64,000 nt of DNA from Octopus bimaculoides (Eukaryota), in NCBI RefSeq assembly GCF_001194135.2, contig NC_068991.1, forward strand, positions 77,544,971-77,608,970, given 5' to 3'. Each line of letters opens with the position of its first letter. Within the stretch, counting starts at the first letter, position 1. Below the pieces are notes generated by a model, which saw only the letters and a program-made list of their open reading frames with translations, made no database searches and had not been told where the DNA came from. Of this stretch, positions 51,698 through 62,944 are shown piece by piece. A program made the position numbers and the translations under genes.

Positions 51698-51970
51698 CAA
51701 GGCTGTGGAGTTGAAACAAAAATCTTTGACTCCGACCGCTGTACTATTGGCACCTCCAACTCTGATTCCGACTCCTCTTTATATAATCAAGTGATTGTGG
51801 TCTACATATCTCATGAAGCATCTGCATATGCTTGTACTTTGAGTCAGCCTATTTGTTAGAACTGGTTTAGATTAAAGAATAAGGATATTCTGAGTCGGAG
51901 TCAGTATAGTATTACCGACTCTGGCTCCAGTTACCCCTTAATTGTTTCCGACTCCGACTCCACAACCCTG
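51698..51970. mobile_element. hAT-type MITE, 273 bp, with 8-bp TSD
   Basis: TSD CATATAAA at 51690-97 and 51971-78; TIR CAAGGCTGTGGAGTTG vs CAGGGTTGTGGAGTCG (13/16); internal CCGACT repeats. Confidence 0.9.
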
Positions 51971-52636
51971 CATATAAATATATAAACATTAAAATTAGTA
52001 ATAAAACAATAAAACTAGTTGATAGACTCTCATTGATTTTGACTTATGAGGATCTGACAACCTACACTTTCTTTGTTATAATAATTCCCCCAAAGTCGAC
52101 TTTGCATTTCATTGTTTCAGGGTCAATGAAATAAGTACCAGTTTAATACTGGGGTCAATTTAACTGACTTACCCCACCTCCCTCGAAATTGCTGGCCTGC
52201 TACCAAAATTTGAAGCCAATATTTCACTTCGATATAGCAATACAAATAATCTGGTGTTCGAATTCTGTATAGAGATACCTCAGAGGAAAGCGTTGGTCAA
52301 GTCTAGAGCATAATAAGAGATTATATGAATGACAAAGGAATGAGGAATCATGTAATGGACTTCATTGGCTTACAGTTGTTTCTGTTATACAATGCAACAC
52401 ACTCATAATTGAGTGCTTATATATCACCTTATAACTTTATTGGAGTTATATACATGCACACACTAATATACATATATATATATACATATACATATATACA
52501 TATATATATACATACATATATATNNNNNNNNNNNNNNNNNNNNNNNNNNNNNNNNNNNNNNNNNNNNNNNNNNNNNNNNNNNNNNNNNNNNNNNNNNNNN
52601 NNNNNNNNNNNNNNNNNNNNNNNNNNNNNNNNNNNN

Positions 52637-53135
52637 AATATAAATTGAACATGGGCGACCATTGTATTCTTTCTTGTCTCGAGGTTCATGGCCAAACGGC
52701 TGGGTGGATTCATGTGAAAAATGGCACACATGTGGAGACGGGTGCATAGATTAGAATGCGAGGGGTGCAAATTACTTCCTGGAAAGTTCCAAGGACTTCC
52801 TGGAAAGTTCCAAGGGTTCATGGAAAGTCCCAAGGATGAACTACTTCCTGGAAAATTCCGAGGATGGGATTTCCTGGGAATTTCCGAGGTCTTCCTGGAA
52901 AGTCCCGGGAATGGGATTTCCTTGAAAGTTCCTAGGATGAACTACTTCCTGGAAAGTTCTGAGGGGTGGATTTCATGGAAAGCCCTGAGGGTTAAAAACT
53001 GCCTTTCCGAGGATGGGACTTCCTGGAAAGTTTCTGAGGATGGAACTTCAGACATGAACAAGTACAAAGGCCAGACATATTTTCTTGCAGGATTACAAAC
53101 TAACAAGCCTGCTTTTATGATAGTAATGTCCGCTT
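52637..53135. mobile_element. Helitron/DINE-like non-autonomous element with an internal TTCCTGGAAAGTTCC minisatellite
   Basis: 5' block GGCCAAACGGCTGGGTGGATTCATGTGAAAAATGGCACACATG resembles the core of 63649-64000; degenerate repeats at 52776-53030. The class assignment is inference. Confidence 0.5.
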
Positions 53136-53834
53136 ACAATTAATGTGTGATACCAAGTCAGGAACACACACACAGAGTACCTAAAGAGACTAAAATCTTA
53201 AATACCAATTAATAAATATGAGCAGTAAACGATTTCCAATTCATTGCAAAGCTTCTAATTTGCTGCATAGAATTCAGTATATATAATAATTCCATAAATA
53301 GCAACAATTTTGATTTAAGGCAGACTCGATATCCATTGCCTTTCAAGTTTATATACTAATGGCTGGTGCTATTTAGCGTCCATGCTGTTAGTTTTGCTCC
53401 TTAATAGATGAAGCATACTTGAAATCTAGAGAGAAATTAGGCAGCTTTTGTTAAGTTCCATTAAAGAGTGAAGGTGTGTGCATGTGTTATTTTATATATG
53501 TGGTTAGATTGGTGATCAAACTAAAATTGATTTTTGATTTTGCATTTCTTACATAATACAAAAAAAAGCTCTTGTATTGCACTTTGAGGGCAATACAAGG
53601 GTTTCATATATTGACCCCAGATACCTTTTTATTTGAGAAGTGTTGTCTGTCTATTCAAAGCTGCTGACATTCCGATGTAACCATGGACAGCAAGCTATGG
53701 CTATAATCTTCAAAATGATGGAAACGTTTAAAGGTTTAAAACCCTTAAAATAAAATATTCCAACAAACCTGTAAAGCCATCAATAAAATACTCATGACAT
53801 GTTCACTGAAGCATAGCCATTTGTGTCAACAAAT

Positions 53835-54016
53835 GCGGTTCTATATTTCAGAGATGAGGAATTATGTGCATTATTTACATTATTTACATTCAACGGATAT
53901 TTGTCCTCATCTTGTTTGTTGTTAACACAACATTTTGGCTGATATACCCTCCAGCCTTCATCAGGTGTCTTGGGGAAATTTCAAACCTGGGTTCTCATTC
54001 CTAAGGTATTTTTCGA

Positions 54017-54058
<42 letters not shown>

Positions 54059-54166
54059 CATCATTATTAGTTAGGTCACTGCCTGGAATCGAACTCGGAA
54101 TCTTGGGGTTAGTAGCCCATCCTCTTAACCACTAAGCTATATGCCCACGGGCATATGGCATAGTGA

Positions 54167-54246
<80 letters not shown>

Positions 54247-54386
54247 TTGAAAAATACCCTAGGAATGAGAACCCAGGTTCAAAATTTCCCCAAGACACAT
54301 GATGAAGGCTGGAGAGTATATCAGCCGAAACATTGTGTTAACAACAAACAAGATGAGGACAAATATCCGTCAAATGTAAATAATGT
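53835..54386. mobile_element. head-to-head palindrome of a tRNA-head + (AAT)n + hammerhead element (family A)
   Basis: Centre ATATGCCC-AC-GGGCATAT at about 54139-56; full tRNA-like head on the minus arm, deleted head on the plus arm; HHR motifs at 53924-53969(-) and 54294-54339(+), both with core substitutions. Confidence 0.85.
54073..54146 (-). promoter_or_regulatory. tRNA-derived internal Pol III promoter (SINE head)
   Basis: GGGCATA-TAGCTTAGTGG (A box)-TTAAGAGGATGGGCTACTAACCCCAAGATTCCGA-GTTCGATTCC (B box)-AGGCAGTGACCT. Confidence 0.8.
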
Positions 54387-54459
54387 GTTAACAAAGTTGC
54401 TATTATTTTTAAATTGTGAACAATATGGTTCAAGTCTTAAATGTTAACATCTTTTTTTA

Positions 54460-54872
54460 ACATTATTTACAGTGGACAGATAGGTGTCCTCACTGTGTTT
54501 GTTGTTATCACAACATTTTTCGGCTGATGTACTCTCCAGCCTTCATCAGGTGTTCTAGTGGAATTTTGAATCCAACTCTTTATTTGACTAATGGGGTACT
54601 ACTAACCCTTGGATTCTGAGTTCAATTTCAAGCAGAGACTTGGGAAATAATATCAACAGAAAAAATAACATCAGCAAGAAAGAATAGCTTAAGAATGAGA
54701 AGAGAGGACCCCATTAGTCAAATAAAGGGTTGGGTTCGAAATTCCACCAGGACATCTGATGAAGCCTGGAGTGTACATAAGCTGAAACGTTGTGATAACA
54801 ATAAACAAGGTGAGGACACTTGTCCATCCAAGGTAAATAATGTACAGAATTCCTCATCTCTGAAATATAGAA
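54460..54872. mobile_element. second, older head-to-head family A' palindrome
   Basis: HHR motifs at 54507-54554(-) and 54751-54796(+); inverted CCAACTCTTTATTTGACTAATGGG / CCCATTAGTCAAATAAAGGGTTGG; tRNA-head remnant CTACTAACCCTTGGATTCTGAGTTCAATTTC in the centre. Confidence 0.75.
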
Positions 54873-56659
54873 TAGTAATTACCTTTTTTGAAATAAAGTA
54901 TGGATAGTCAGAGCTGAAACATGAACCAGGCTGTAGAAAATCTACTTCAACAAATTTTGAGCCATGGAAGTGGACATTAAAAGGATGAGATGAAGATAAT
55001 GTCACAAGAATGGGTATGAAATTCACTTCATCATAACCCTGTGGCTTTTGAGTTCTATCTCAGTGTGGTACATTGGGCAAATGTTTTCTACAGTAGCCTT
55101 AGACCAAACAATGTTTTGTGAATGAAACTGGTAGATGGAAACTGTATATCAATGCGTATATGTGTGTGTGTTTTAATGTTTGCATTCTGTGTCTTTTCAT
55201 GAAACCCATCTGAGCAGAAACAATGATGTTATGTTTATATTTCCTGGTAACAAACCATCTTTTGGCTCTGAACTTTAGAAGACATGTAGAATAAGAAAAA
55301 GAAATAGCTTACTTGAAAAGCAGTTAAGGGTTAGTGAGAGGAAGGACATCCTAATTGCAAAATACAGCCTCAGGAAAAATTACCTTAAAAACAACCGAAA
55401 GTGAACTGCTTGAGCAGTTCTTCCTAATGTTTGCCTGGTTAAGTCTGCAGATACACTGAAGCATTAGCTCAGAGAAAATCTTTAAAATCAATAAAACTTA
55501 AAACAAAATTTTGTCATTTAATGATAAGCAGTCATAGAAAAGTAACATTATTTATAAATTCACTTGCCATAAGACAGTTGCCAAAATATAAATTTGGCCT
55601 CCATCAGTGATCCTTAAACAAATCATAGCAGACTTTCTTTTTCTTTTTTCTCCATTCCTGTGCTGGGCATGATGACAGCTTACTCACACGTAATCACTAC
55701 TTGTAATTCCAAATTAGGCCAAGAAACCTTGATTGGCAACAGGATAATCCTATGGAAATTCAAACACCAAAATAACCAGAAGATTGCAGCAGCAGTCCTT
55801 GTTAATTTTAAACATTGCATTCTCATTTGCCAGACAGCTGTTTGGTGTACGCTGACTCCATGTATATATAATGCCATCTGGCATACATGCTGAGATATTC
55901 CAGACACAATAGATTAAGTATTCATATTGCTATTAGAACCAACATTGATTTTTATTGCTTTCAGCAGCTTCTATCTCCTGCCCCACTTTTTCCTTTTCCT
56001 TTTTGTTATTATGATGGTTTTACTTCAAATCAAATTCTTGATAATGGCTGTGAACCCATTTAAACATTGGATGTAACATAGTTTATTAGATTTTTGAAAA
56101 GAATTTTTTTTCTTTGAAGATTCAAGAAATATGTCAGAATTTCAAAGAAAAACCAATATGAAATTTCTCAAAATGACTCACACACACAAACACGTGTCTG
56201 TATGTGCAAGTTGGAGAGAGAGAGAGAGAGGTTGTGTGTATAAATATGCATATACACACACATATATATATATAGTAGACTAAGCTTAAGAGTGTGTGAA
56301 TTATGATAATGATGGAATTTAAGTCTGTTATATTTATGAAATTAGAATCATTATAATAACATACAAACTACATAAAAGCAGAAATAATTGAAAAAATGGC
56401 ATAGAGAGAAGCATAAAAGCCATCGTTATTACAGTCTTGTTTTGTGTGAAATACCATCTTTTAAAATTATTGACACAATTTTTTTTTAAATAATTACAAG
56501 CAAATAAATGAAAGCAAAAATATAATTCATTTGACAATTATCTGGATAAGACTTTATGTCTGAATGTTTTTAAATATACATGTCATAATATTTACGCATG
56601 GCTGTATATTCAAAAGTATGCACTCATGCATAAATACATGTATACATAGATGCACGAAT

Positions 56660-57065
56660 GACTGTGTAATAAGAAGTTTTGCTTCCAAATCATATGGTTC
56701 CAGGTTCAGTCCTGTTGCTTGGCACCTGGGGCAAATGTCTTCTGGGCTCACCAAAGGCTTGTGAGTGAATTTTGGCACATGGAAACGAGAAGAAGCCTCT
56801 TTATTTATTTATATATGTATATGGATGTGTGTGTTTTAGTCTTGTTGCCTCAACATTGTATAATGGTTGTAAATGCATGTCACAGTCATGGCAAGTGGTA
56901 TCCTTCATTTAAAATCTTCCATGAAAACATGTCTGGCCATGGGGGATGGGGACAGGTGAGGGTTGGTGACAGGAAGAGCATTTGGCTGTAGAAAATGTAC
57001 TTCAACTAACTTCCTTCCAGTCCACGTAACCATGGCAAAATGGATGTTTAAATAATGGTGATGAT
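56660..57065 (+). mobile_element. SINE family Y copy with RTE-like tail
   Basis: GACTGTGTAATAAGAAG...GGTTCCAGGTTCAGTCC head; tail CCATGGCAAAATGGATGTTAAAATAATGGTGATGA. Confidence 0.75.
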
Positions 57066-57851
57066 CTGCTTTATGCACCCACATACCATTATGTGAAAGT
57101 ACTTGAGTACCTCAGTCAAAGACCATTTGTTTTGTATCGATCAAATATAATAACTGTAATCAATTGAATTCCATAAATATTGGAACATTTCTCCTGGATT
57201 GTATTTGGCTGCGTAAATTAATAAAGTTTGAAATGTCGACACGTTAGAAATTTTATGCACAATTCTTGTCACGATCTTCTGTAAGTTTGAAGTATTGTAT
57301 CCATCTTAATTTAAAATAAAATTCTGATGCAAAAAAGGGAATTCTGTTAACGAGAGTTGCTAATTGATTATAAATGTTATAATTAGTTTCTGTTTTTGCT
57401 TGATTAGACACACATTAAACAAACCTCAAGTGGATAACTCGTCTTTTATTTTTTACTTGTTTGAGTCATTTGACTGTGACCATGCTGGGGCACCATCTTG
57501 AATTTGTAATAATATGAGAGTTATATAGTTTCAGTGTGTTCTATGTTGATCTTTAGGTCGAAGCACTTTAAGTGACAAAGTCTTGGCATTGGTTTATTGT
57601 TTTCTAAGATCTAAGAATCAGACACACTCATTAAAAGCACGTAAGCACTCATAAGTAATTTGCTAATGAAATTTTGTTTCGTTTCTCTCATTGCAGGAAT
57701 GAATGCCAACTGATGTGTTTGGAAAACCAGTGAAGAGGAAATGACAGAGTAAAAGAGCAGAAGAAGAGGAAGTAGAGGAGCAACAGGACAAGGGCAGGAC
57801 AGGTTGGAGGGAAATAATTGTAGCCTGAATGGTATAAAAGGAGGAGAAGCT

Positions 57852-57899
<48 letters not shown>

Positions 57900-58322
57900 A
57901 TGAGTGAAGGGATCAAAGGAGAAAAAATGGAAGAATGAGAAAGAAAGAAAAAAAGAAAGAAGGACTGAGTTGAGAGATGGAGAGTGGAGGAAGAGATATA
58001 AGAAAGGTGGAGGTGATAACTGACCAGTGAAGGAAAATAATGTGCTATCTTGTAACCTATGGTACTCTTTTGTCTGTCTTCATTCAATGTCTGTAGAGAA
58101 AGTCTGCTTGGTCATACTTATCCCCCATTCCACACATAAGAATAGTTGAACTCACCATTGTGTCTCATAAAAACATCAGTTAAACACCTATCTCTGCCTG
58201 ATGGTCTAAGATATTTCATATATGGTCATGGACATAATAGAATGGTACTTCAGTAACAAGAGACAAACTATATGCTCTTTATTTACATTTGACGGATATT
58301 GGTCCTCATCTTGTTTGTTGTT

Positions 58323-58368
58323 AACACAACGTTTCAGCTGATACACCCTCCAGCCTTCATCAGGTGTC
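58323..58368 (-). ncRNA. minimal hammerhead ribozyme, family A, intact core
   Basis: GACAC-CUGAUGA-A-GGCUGG agggugua UCAGCU-GAAAC-GUU^GUGUU; stem III is the palindrome ACGU (dimer type). Confidence 0.75.
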
Positions 58369-58415
58369 TTGGGGAAATTTCAAACCTGGGTTCTCATTCC
58401 TAAGGTATCTTTTGA

Positions 58416-58477
<62 letters not shown>

Positions 58478-58640
58478 NNNNNNNNNNNNNNNNNNNNNNN
58501 NNNNNNNNNNNNNNNNNNNNNNNNNNNNNNNNNNNNNNNNNNNNNNNNNNNNNNNNNNNNNNNNNNNNNNNNNNNNNNNNNNNNNNNNNNNNNNNNNNNN
58601 NNNNNNNNNNNNNNNNNNNNNNNNNNNNNNNNNNNNNNNN

Positions 58641-58674
<34 letters not shown>

Positions 58675-58721
58675 TAAAAAAATACCTTAGGAATGAGAAT
58701 CCAGGTTCAAAATTTCCCCAA

Positions 58722-58767
58722 GACACCTGATGAAGGCTGGAGGGTATATCAGCTGAAACGTTGTGTT
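58722..58767 (+). ncRNA. minimal hammerhead ribozyme, family A, intact core
   Basis: GACAC-CUGAUGA(58727-33)-A-GGCUGG aggguaua UCAGCU-GAAAC(58755-59)-GUU^GUGUU. Confidence 0.75.
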
Positions 58768-58894
58768 AACAACAAACAAGATGAGGACGAATATCCGTCA
58801 AATGTAAATTATGTAAATAATGTACATAATTCCTCAGCTCTTAAATATAGAACTGTACATGCTCTTTACATGGCAGTCTAACATTCTTGTCTGC

Positions 58895-59330
58895 TTTGAT
58901 TGTCCCTATGACATCTCTGTCATGGATTGTCATTTTAACCCACCCCTATTTACATGGATTATTCTTCTGACACCCTCTTTCTTTAACTATGGCACTGATG
59001 TGGATTGTCAGTCTGGCACCCTTGTTCTTTTTTGATTATCTCTCCGACATCCCTTATCTAATTTTATTCCCATGTGCCTTGGATTATCGGTTTGACACCC
59101 CTCACCACTTGGATTGTGAGCCTGCTACCCTTATCTATTTGGGTTGTCACTCTAACACCCCTATTTTCTTTGATTCTCAATTTAACACCCTTATCTACTT
59201 GGTAACCCTATCTACATAGATTGTCAGTCTGATACCACTTACTTTGTCAGTGTTTGGTTTTACTCCCTGCAGCTTGTGGCCCTCGCCTACATGGATTGTC
59301 AGTCTCATATCTTATCTATTAGTCAGTTTG
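58895..59330. repeat. degenerate ~30-bp minisatellite (consensus about GATTGTCAGTCTGACACCCTTATCTACATG)
   Basis: About a dozen decayed units starting GATT(G/A)TC; 10-aa periodicity in the ORF track (LDCEPATLIY LGCHSNTPIF FDSQFNTLIY). Confidence 0.8.
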
Positions 59331-60104
59331 ACTCTTATTCTCTCATCTTGGATATAGAAGTCAATATATATATGCCTCTATTCTACCTTCTACATACAGA
59401 CTGATGTAGTTTCCTAGTCTCTGTCCTCTTTCTGTTTTGTCTGATTATCTAATTGAAAGGGCCCCCCACACACATAAATTTATGACTGTGCCTGTCTATG
59501 CTGCACATAGTAAGGCACATGTCTGCTCCAGTAATGGAAGAAATTATAGAAATGGTAAGATTTCAATGTCTCAGATGCACATGAAATCTCCCCACTACAC
59601 TGGCATCGACCGCTTTTCTAAGGTCCGTTATCTGCATCAGATTGATTATATTGATGGAAGCTGACACAGAACTGCTTTCAGTTTTCAAATAGAACAACTT
59701 TACCTCTTGGTGGTCCATCACTGTTTGGGTTGGCCAGAAATTAAATGACCTTCAAGTTTTATAACAGAATATCCTTGGTCTGACATGAACTAGAGGGTCA
59801 TTGCTTCTTGCAGTGCACTTGTTCACCATCTCCAGTAGCTCTGTATCCCTTTGCTAGATTGTTATTGACCTTATGCCGGTCTTTATCAATCCTTTGGACC
59901 GGTCTTGCTGGGTTTCTAGCACCTTGCTTCATCAGGCCAGCCTGGTGGTAGGGCCAGTTTAATTGCTGACCATGTAACAGGTTGTACAGGATTACATGTG
60001 GCCAGTGACATGCAGAGTGAGCTGACAATATATAGATATATATGTTAGTGTGTGTGCATTTTGTAGTGTAGGAGTTGTAAAGCATTTAAGAAGATATTTC
60101 TCAC

Positions 60105-60217
60105 ACCGGGCAACTGTTTCCTGATATAGAAATCAATATACTTGGTAAAGAAGACAGGAATATTTATTGTCGTATCAAAGACAGCCTGAACCTCACTCTT
60201 GTCTGGGTTCTTCTCAA
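60105..60217 (-). CDS. candidate internal coding exon, product unknown
   Basis: Acceptor CTGTTTTTGTTCTCCTCAG, donor GGT|GTGAGA; single open frame (x)EKNPDKSEVQAVFDTTINIPVFFTKYIDFYIRKQLPG; non-repetitive; no family recognised. Confidence 0.35.
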
Positions 60218-60856
60218 CTGAGGAGAACAAAAACAGATTTGCAGCTTTTAGATTTTAATTATAAAAACATCTATGCTAATTTAGTTAATTTTGTCAAGCT
60301 CCCTTTTCAGTTTCTAAGATAGAAATTTAAATGTAATAAAATGTTTTAAAAGAAATTCAAAATGCCAATGTGGTAAGTGTAAACCTACTTTTGGGGTCCA
60401 ACCTGTATAATGCAAAGCCTACATCTCTTGGAAGATAACCCCATCACAACTGACCAATGGAAGGAGCCTCTATCATGCCATTTTTTCACCTGACACAAGT
60501 ATTGACCATATCTCTTCCGAATCAGATTACCTTTACTGGTTTTACAAACATGTCCTATACATAATGCATGTAGAAACTCTGATGGGATGGCCATGGTTGG
60601 GACATTTTTGGTCGTAAGCCTTGCTGGATCAGGTTAACATCAGGATAAACTACATCATAAACAGTAGCCCTTGTGAGTAATAGTAGGATTGGTAAACGTG
60701 GGAGGGTGGTGGTGGTGGTAGGTAGGAAGGGTGGGTTGGTGGGTGTGGGTGTTGATGATTACAGCTGTCACCAAGTAGTATTTCTAATGTGCTGCCACTC
60801 TCATTCTGCACCACTCTTATGTCATGTCAGATCATGTCATGTCATGTCAGTTCACA

Positions 60857-60896
<40 letters not shown>

Positions 60897-61915
60897 GTTC
60901 ATATTTAATGTACGTCCCTTTTTATTTATGTTTTTTCTCCCCCCCCCCCAAAGTTACTCCCTCCAACTCCCTCAGTCTTAAATTATGTGAGTGATTTACA
61001 AGTGTTCCTACATACAACAAGTCTATCAAACTTACCCCCACCCTCGCCACTGCCTTCCCCTTCACTCCCTATTGTCAACAAAGTCATTTATTTTTTTCTA
61101 AGGGAATATTTTTTTTTACCTTTTCCTTTTTATTTTTTCATCTTTCTACCAATTTATGACTAACACAAAAGCAGGTAAGTAGCGGTAAGTTTAAATATCG
61201 GTTTCTTGATTACAAAGCAAAAAATATTTTAGGGGGAATGGTCAGTTAGGATTAATTTTGACCACCTCAGTTATCCAGTTATTTTATTCTTATTTACTCA
61301 ATACAATTTTTTTTATCACCATCACAGGGATTTGAACTCATGACCACGAGGAACACAGTTAAATAGTATAATGCCTGACTGTCTCATGCCACCTCTAAGC
61401 GAGTGAGGAGGTAAATATAGTCGTTATAATGTTTAAATATCGGAGATTTTATTTGATACATACATAAGTAATTAAAGTTGAATATCATAATTGAAATACC
61501 AGTTAATTACTGAATCATTTAGCTGAGAACCAAGGCCAATATATACAGATAGAAACTTCAAATAAAGGGGAGACCCCTGGTGGAATTTGAAATCAGAAAC
61601 TTAGTTTTATGGGGAATTATCATATCTACCTACACACCACCATTTTAGTCATTAAATATTATAATTATGATAATATATATCTTTTATAGTTAACATATAA
61701 ATGTTAATTTGCATTTTTTTTTTCCTTTTTCGCTATTAGCATCATCATGCAAATGATTTAAATCTCCTTTCACTTTCAACCCAGGGAAATGTTAACACAC
61801 ACATACACACATACACACGCACAAAAACACACACACACAAACAAACACACACATATATATGTATGTACACACATGCACCCCTCCCAGACATTTATGTATG
61901 TCTACATACGTATGG

Positions 61916-61962
<47 letters not shown>

Positions 61963-62944
61963 TACATACATACATGTGTGTGCGTGCATACTCATAAATT
62001 ACCTATATATATATACACACGCAGGATACACAGACACATGATTGCAAACTGAACTAATGGAAACATAGACGAAGCATAAAAAACTAACGAGGAGGTTAAT
62101 AGTCCAGAAATTTTAAATTATTATCATGAATAACTCATCTAAAGTATTTAAGCATGTAATATTGGAATAATTTATATGTAGATATTATTGTTATTTGATG
62201 AATAATTGCCAGCACAGAGAGAAGTTAGCTCCTGGCAAACTGAGTCTACAGAAGACCATTCCATTCCTAGTCAGAGCTTCATTGCTTCTCTTGAAATGAT
62301 AACACTCTTAAGGTATAAATGTCTCAGTTATTTCAGTTGCCATTTCCTTAGAAATCTTAGCTTTTGCACCTAATCGGGTGAATTCTGATTTCTTTTGAAA
62401 TGGTATCAAACCTGCCAACATCGGCACCATCTGTTGATTATCTCCCTCTTTTCGTTTTTTGCTATGTTGAAGGAACATATTTCATTGAATCAACAACCAA
62501 ACTTTGTTAATTTCTAAAGCTATGAGTATTAATTACTGGTACTTCTTAATTGAGTGGCTTCTATAGTGTAGAAGCAAATTAAGGCCTTGCATAAAGTAAC
62601 ATTTGGAATCCAAGGAAACTGGCAGTGGTGTGCATCATCAAATTCCAATCCATAAATGTTTATAAAAGAAAGCAAAAATTGTAGTGAACCAATTTACTGA
62701 TTCTGTACACATGTAGATGAATCTTATAGTTTACCACATGTCTAAATGTCAGCATTTAGATGAGTTTACATATTGATTAAGGTTAAAAACATTTGTTGAT
62801 AGTACAGTACATACACCACTTAGAGTAAAACCAAACCCTTTCAGATCAATATAGATTGTATAGATTAATATAGATTAATACATAGCATATGTAGAAGAGA
62901 TTAAGGCAAGGAAATCATTTTGAACTGAATAGAATAGTATCGTT

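Larger units (their letters stand above)
58279..58856. mobile_element. third head-to-head family A palindrome, centre lost in an assembly gap (58478-58640)
   Basis: Near-identical inverted arms with (TAT)n-gap-(AAT)n in the centre. Confidence 0.85.

Noticed and set aside
52721-53143. 140-aa ORF, or CRISPR-like array
   Set aside because: The ORF is a read-through of the minisatellite; the units are degenerate, lack unique spacers, and the context is eukaryotic.
54073-54146. Functional tRNA-Ser(ACT) gene
   Set aside because: Acceptor stem does not pair, the anticodon is atypical for eukaryotes, and it is embedded in a repeat; treated as a SINE head.
60729-60749. G-quadruplex motif GGGTGGGTTGGTGGGTGTGGG
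   Set aside because: Part of a (GGT)n-like low-complexity tract; no contextual support.
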